Of a DNA stretch of 64,000 bases, positions 62,322 through 64,000 are shown piece after piece. This DNA is from Candidatus Thorarchaeota archaeon (lineage in GTDB: Archaea > Asgardarchaeota > Thorarchaeia > Thorarchaeales > Thorarchaeaceae), in assembly GCA_048882965.1 (NCBI GenBank), contig JBHLRC010000001.1:18716-82715 (forward strand). Direction: 5' to 3'. A model generated the notes under the pieces. That model saw only the letters and a list, made by a program, of their open reading frames with translations. It had not been told where the DNA came from and made no database searches. The position numbers and the translations under genes were made by a program. Each line of letters opens with the position of its first letter. Position 1 is the stretch's first letter.

Positions 62322-64000
62322 TTAACGCCTCCTTGGTCTCAATGGACTTGGTCCAAGTTTGTCCGCGATGTCTGCGAACTTCCTAACCGTTTCAGCCCAG
62401 ATCGACCCTTCACTTGCACTAATGTGTGTGAACTGAAGACGCTCTGGTTCGAGTCCGGCTTTCTCAATGATTTTCTTTGCAATGGCAAATCTTCGTTCAA
62501 ATGAGATGTTACCATCAACATAGTGGCAGTCTCCAATATGACATCCAGAGATCCACACCATGTCTGCTCCGAGTCTGAATGCCTCCAAGATGTGCTGCAC
62601 ACTTATCCTACCGGTACACATCACTCTGATGTCCCTAACATTTGGCGGCTGTTGAAAACGGGACACACCAGCGCTGTCTGCCCCAGCATACGAACACCAG
62701 TTACAGAGAATTGTCAATATCCGTGACTCATTAGCAGGCATGTTTTCCAGAGCTGTTCGAATCTGAGAGATGATTTGGTCATCGGTGAAATGCTTCATGG
62801 TAATGGCACCAGCAGGGCAACCAGCGCCGCACTTTCCACAACCCTGACACAGAACAGGATTGGTCACCGCATAATCATGGCCCCCATCACCTGGAACCAC
62901 CTCGATAGCATTGTATGCACAGTTAATCTCACAGGTTCCGCACCCAACACATATTTCCGGATCCACAACGGACACGATTGCTTCAGCCTTACGGATTCCT
63001 CTGATGAGTGGAATAAGTGCCCTCGATGCAGCTGCCTGTCCTTCGTTGATTGATTCTCCAATACTCTTTGGTGCCGTAGCTGTGCCAGCCACAAAAACAC
63101 CATCAGTTTGAAAGTCAACAGGTCTGAGTTTCGGATGAGCCTCCATAAAGAAGCCAGAAAGGTTCAATGGAACCTTGAACAGCTCAGAGACCTCTTTGTT
63201 TGGTCTTGGTACCATGGCTGTTGCCAGTACAGTGTGGTCCACATCAAGTGTCAATTCAGCACCAAGGATTTGATCCATGACAGTGATGCTGAGTGCTTTG
63301 TCCTTACCCTTCTTGACCACTGGTGGCGAGTCACCATCAAACCGGATGAACACTACACCTTTCTTCCGAGCCTCTCGATACTTATCCTCTATGTCATAGA
63401 AGACTCGTAAGTCTCGGTAGAAGTGAAACACTCGTGAGTTGGGATACTTCTCAAGGAGTTCAAGGGTATGCTCCAAAGCCACCATGCAACAGATGCTAGA
63501 GCACCAAGTGCGGGACCCTTCGAGTGATGCATCCTCACGAGAACCTGCACAATGAATGACCGCAAATGTTTCACCATCTTCAAGTCCGTCTCCATTGGCA
63601 ATTCTCTTGCTGAACTCCACCTCAGTCATGACCTCGGGGAGTTTGTTAAGACCGTAGAGGCCCTTCTCTTCTAAGGCAACTGCTCCAGTGGCTACAATCA
63701 CAACACCGACTTTCAGCTCTTCCTTCTTCTTTCCAGTCTTGATGGTGACCTCGAACTCACCGATTGATCCCTTTGCTTCAACGACTTCAGATTTCAGCAT
63801 GAGTTTGATGTTCTCTTTCCCTGTGATTCTGGCTTCATAATCAGCTACGATTTCAGATGCGAGTCTGCTATCAGAATTAACCGTGGTGAGCTCATTGAGG
63901 AATCCGCCAACTCTGTCCTGTTTCTCGACAAGATAGATATTGAAGCCTTTCTTGGCAATAACATCAGCAGCCGCCATCCCAGCTACGCCAGCCCCAATGA
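62322..64000 (-). CDS. hdrA: Heterodisulfide reductase subunit A fused to a C-terminal MvhD/FlpD-like domain; the N-terminus lies outside the window
   Basis: The frame stays open past 63977 to the window edge (IGAGVAGMAAADVIAKKG is the FAD motif). Also present are HCAGSRE, WCSSICC, and ferredoxin motifs CVGCGTCEINC and CQGCGKCGAGCP. The MvhD-like part is ILCNWCSYAGAD...VMCTGR...ISGCHIGDCHY. Confidence 0.9.
   Translation of the reverse strand, partial: IGAGVAGMAAADVIAKKGFNIYLVEKQDRVGGFLNELTTVNSDSRLASEIVADYEARITGKENIKLMLKSEVVEAKGSIGEFEVTIKTGKKKEELKVGVVIVATGAVALEEKGLYGLNKLPEVMTEVEFSKRIANGDGLEDGETFAVIHCAGSREDASLEGSRTWCSSICCMVALEHTLELLEKYPNSRVFHFYRDLRVFYDIEDKYREARKKGVVFIRFDGDSPPVVKKGKDKALSITVMDQILGAELTLDVDHTVLATAMVPRPNKEVSELFKVPLNLSGFFMEAHPKLRPVDFQTDGVFVAGTATAPKSIGESINEGQAAASRALIPLIRGIRKAEAIVSVVDPEICVGCGTCEINCAYNAIEVVPGDGGHDYAVTNPVLCQGCGKCGAGCPAGAITMKHFTDDQIISQIRTALENMPANESRILTILCNWCSYAGADSAGVSRFQQPPNVRDIRVMCTGRISVQHILEAFRLGADMVWISGCHIGDCHYVDGNISFERRFAIAKKIIEKAGLEPERLQFTHISASEGSIWAETVRKFADIADKLGPSPLRPRRR

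Noticed and set aside
57230-64000. In-frame UGA (selenocysteine) in the Hdr genes
   Set aside because: All Hdr ORFs are continuous, with Cys at the expected positions. There is no interrupted frame or SECIS-like requirement.
1-64000. Mobile genetic elements (transposase, integrase, provirus, toxin-antitoxin pairs) and rRNA/tRNA genes
   Set aside because: No ORF shows DDE/HUH transposase, tyrosine/serine recombinase, capsid or terminase-like motifs. I saw no long inverted or direct terminal repeats and no tRNA-like cloverleaf consensus. Absence by eye is not proof, so a tRNAscan/Infernal run is still advisable.

Overview
The window looks like a 64-kb chromosomal segment of an Asgard archaeon. 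No database search was possible, so this rests on reading the sequence. The main evidence is a eukaryote-like actin (lokiactin-type, 10214..11353), a Rab/Ras-like small GTPase coupled to a Roadblock/LC7 multidomain protein (820..2995), and the complete archaeal proteasome/SBDS/exosome/L37ae/Brix/Pcc1/prefoldin superoperon (34690..41941, minus strand). Other archaeal markers are a class II photolyase, the KEOPS subunits Cgi121 and Pcc1, and HdrABC with an MvhD fusion. Coding density is high, with about 70 supportable CDS.

Metabolic content:
- a histidine-utilisation cluster (hutI, hutH, long-form hutU)
- an ECF transporter module
- a NikR-like, ZnuABC-type metal uptake locus
- a tungsten-type aldehyde:ferredoxin oxidoreductase next to a class II aldolase, an FGGY kinase and a 2-hydroxyacid dehydrogenase
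- an ABC-2 exporter operon
- two Hdr loci, including a 1035-1060 aa tandem HdrA-like flavoprotein

I found no rRNA, tRNA, CRISPR array, transposase or integrase.

Observations most worth follow-up:
1. The GTPase + Roadblock module, whose GTPase has a non-canonical G3 motif.
2. A wHTH + CARF-like protein followed by a Mini-III-type RNase III domain protein (rare in archaea), convergent with a Cys-rich protein + SAMHD1-like HD hydrolase pair.
3. An 86-nt indel-free non-coding block (about 81% identical) upstream of two unrelated genes 45 kb apart. Each copy has a TATA box flanked by ATGTA-containing sites, one of them a perfect ATGTACAT palindrome.
4. A family of near-identical GC-rich hairpins downstream of small genes and of the actin gene.
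5. An Fe-S-domain protein bracketed by two paralogous wHTH regulators.
6. Frequent TTG starts in conserved genes, supported by N-terminal homology.

All functional calls come from motif and family recognition by eye and need HMM or structure-based confirmation.
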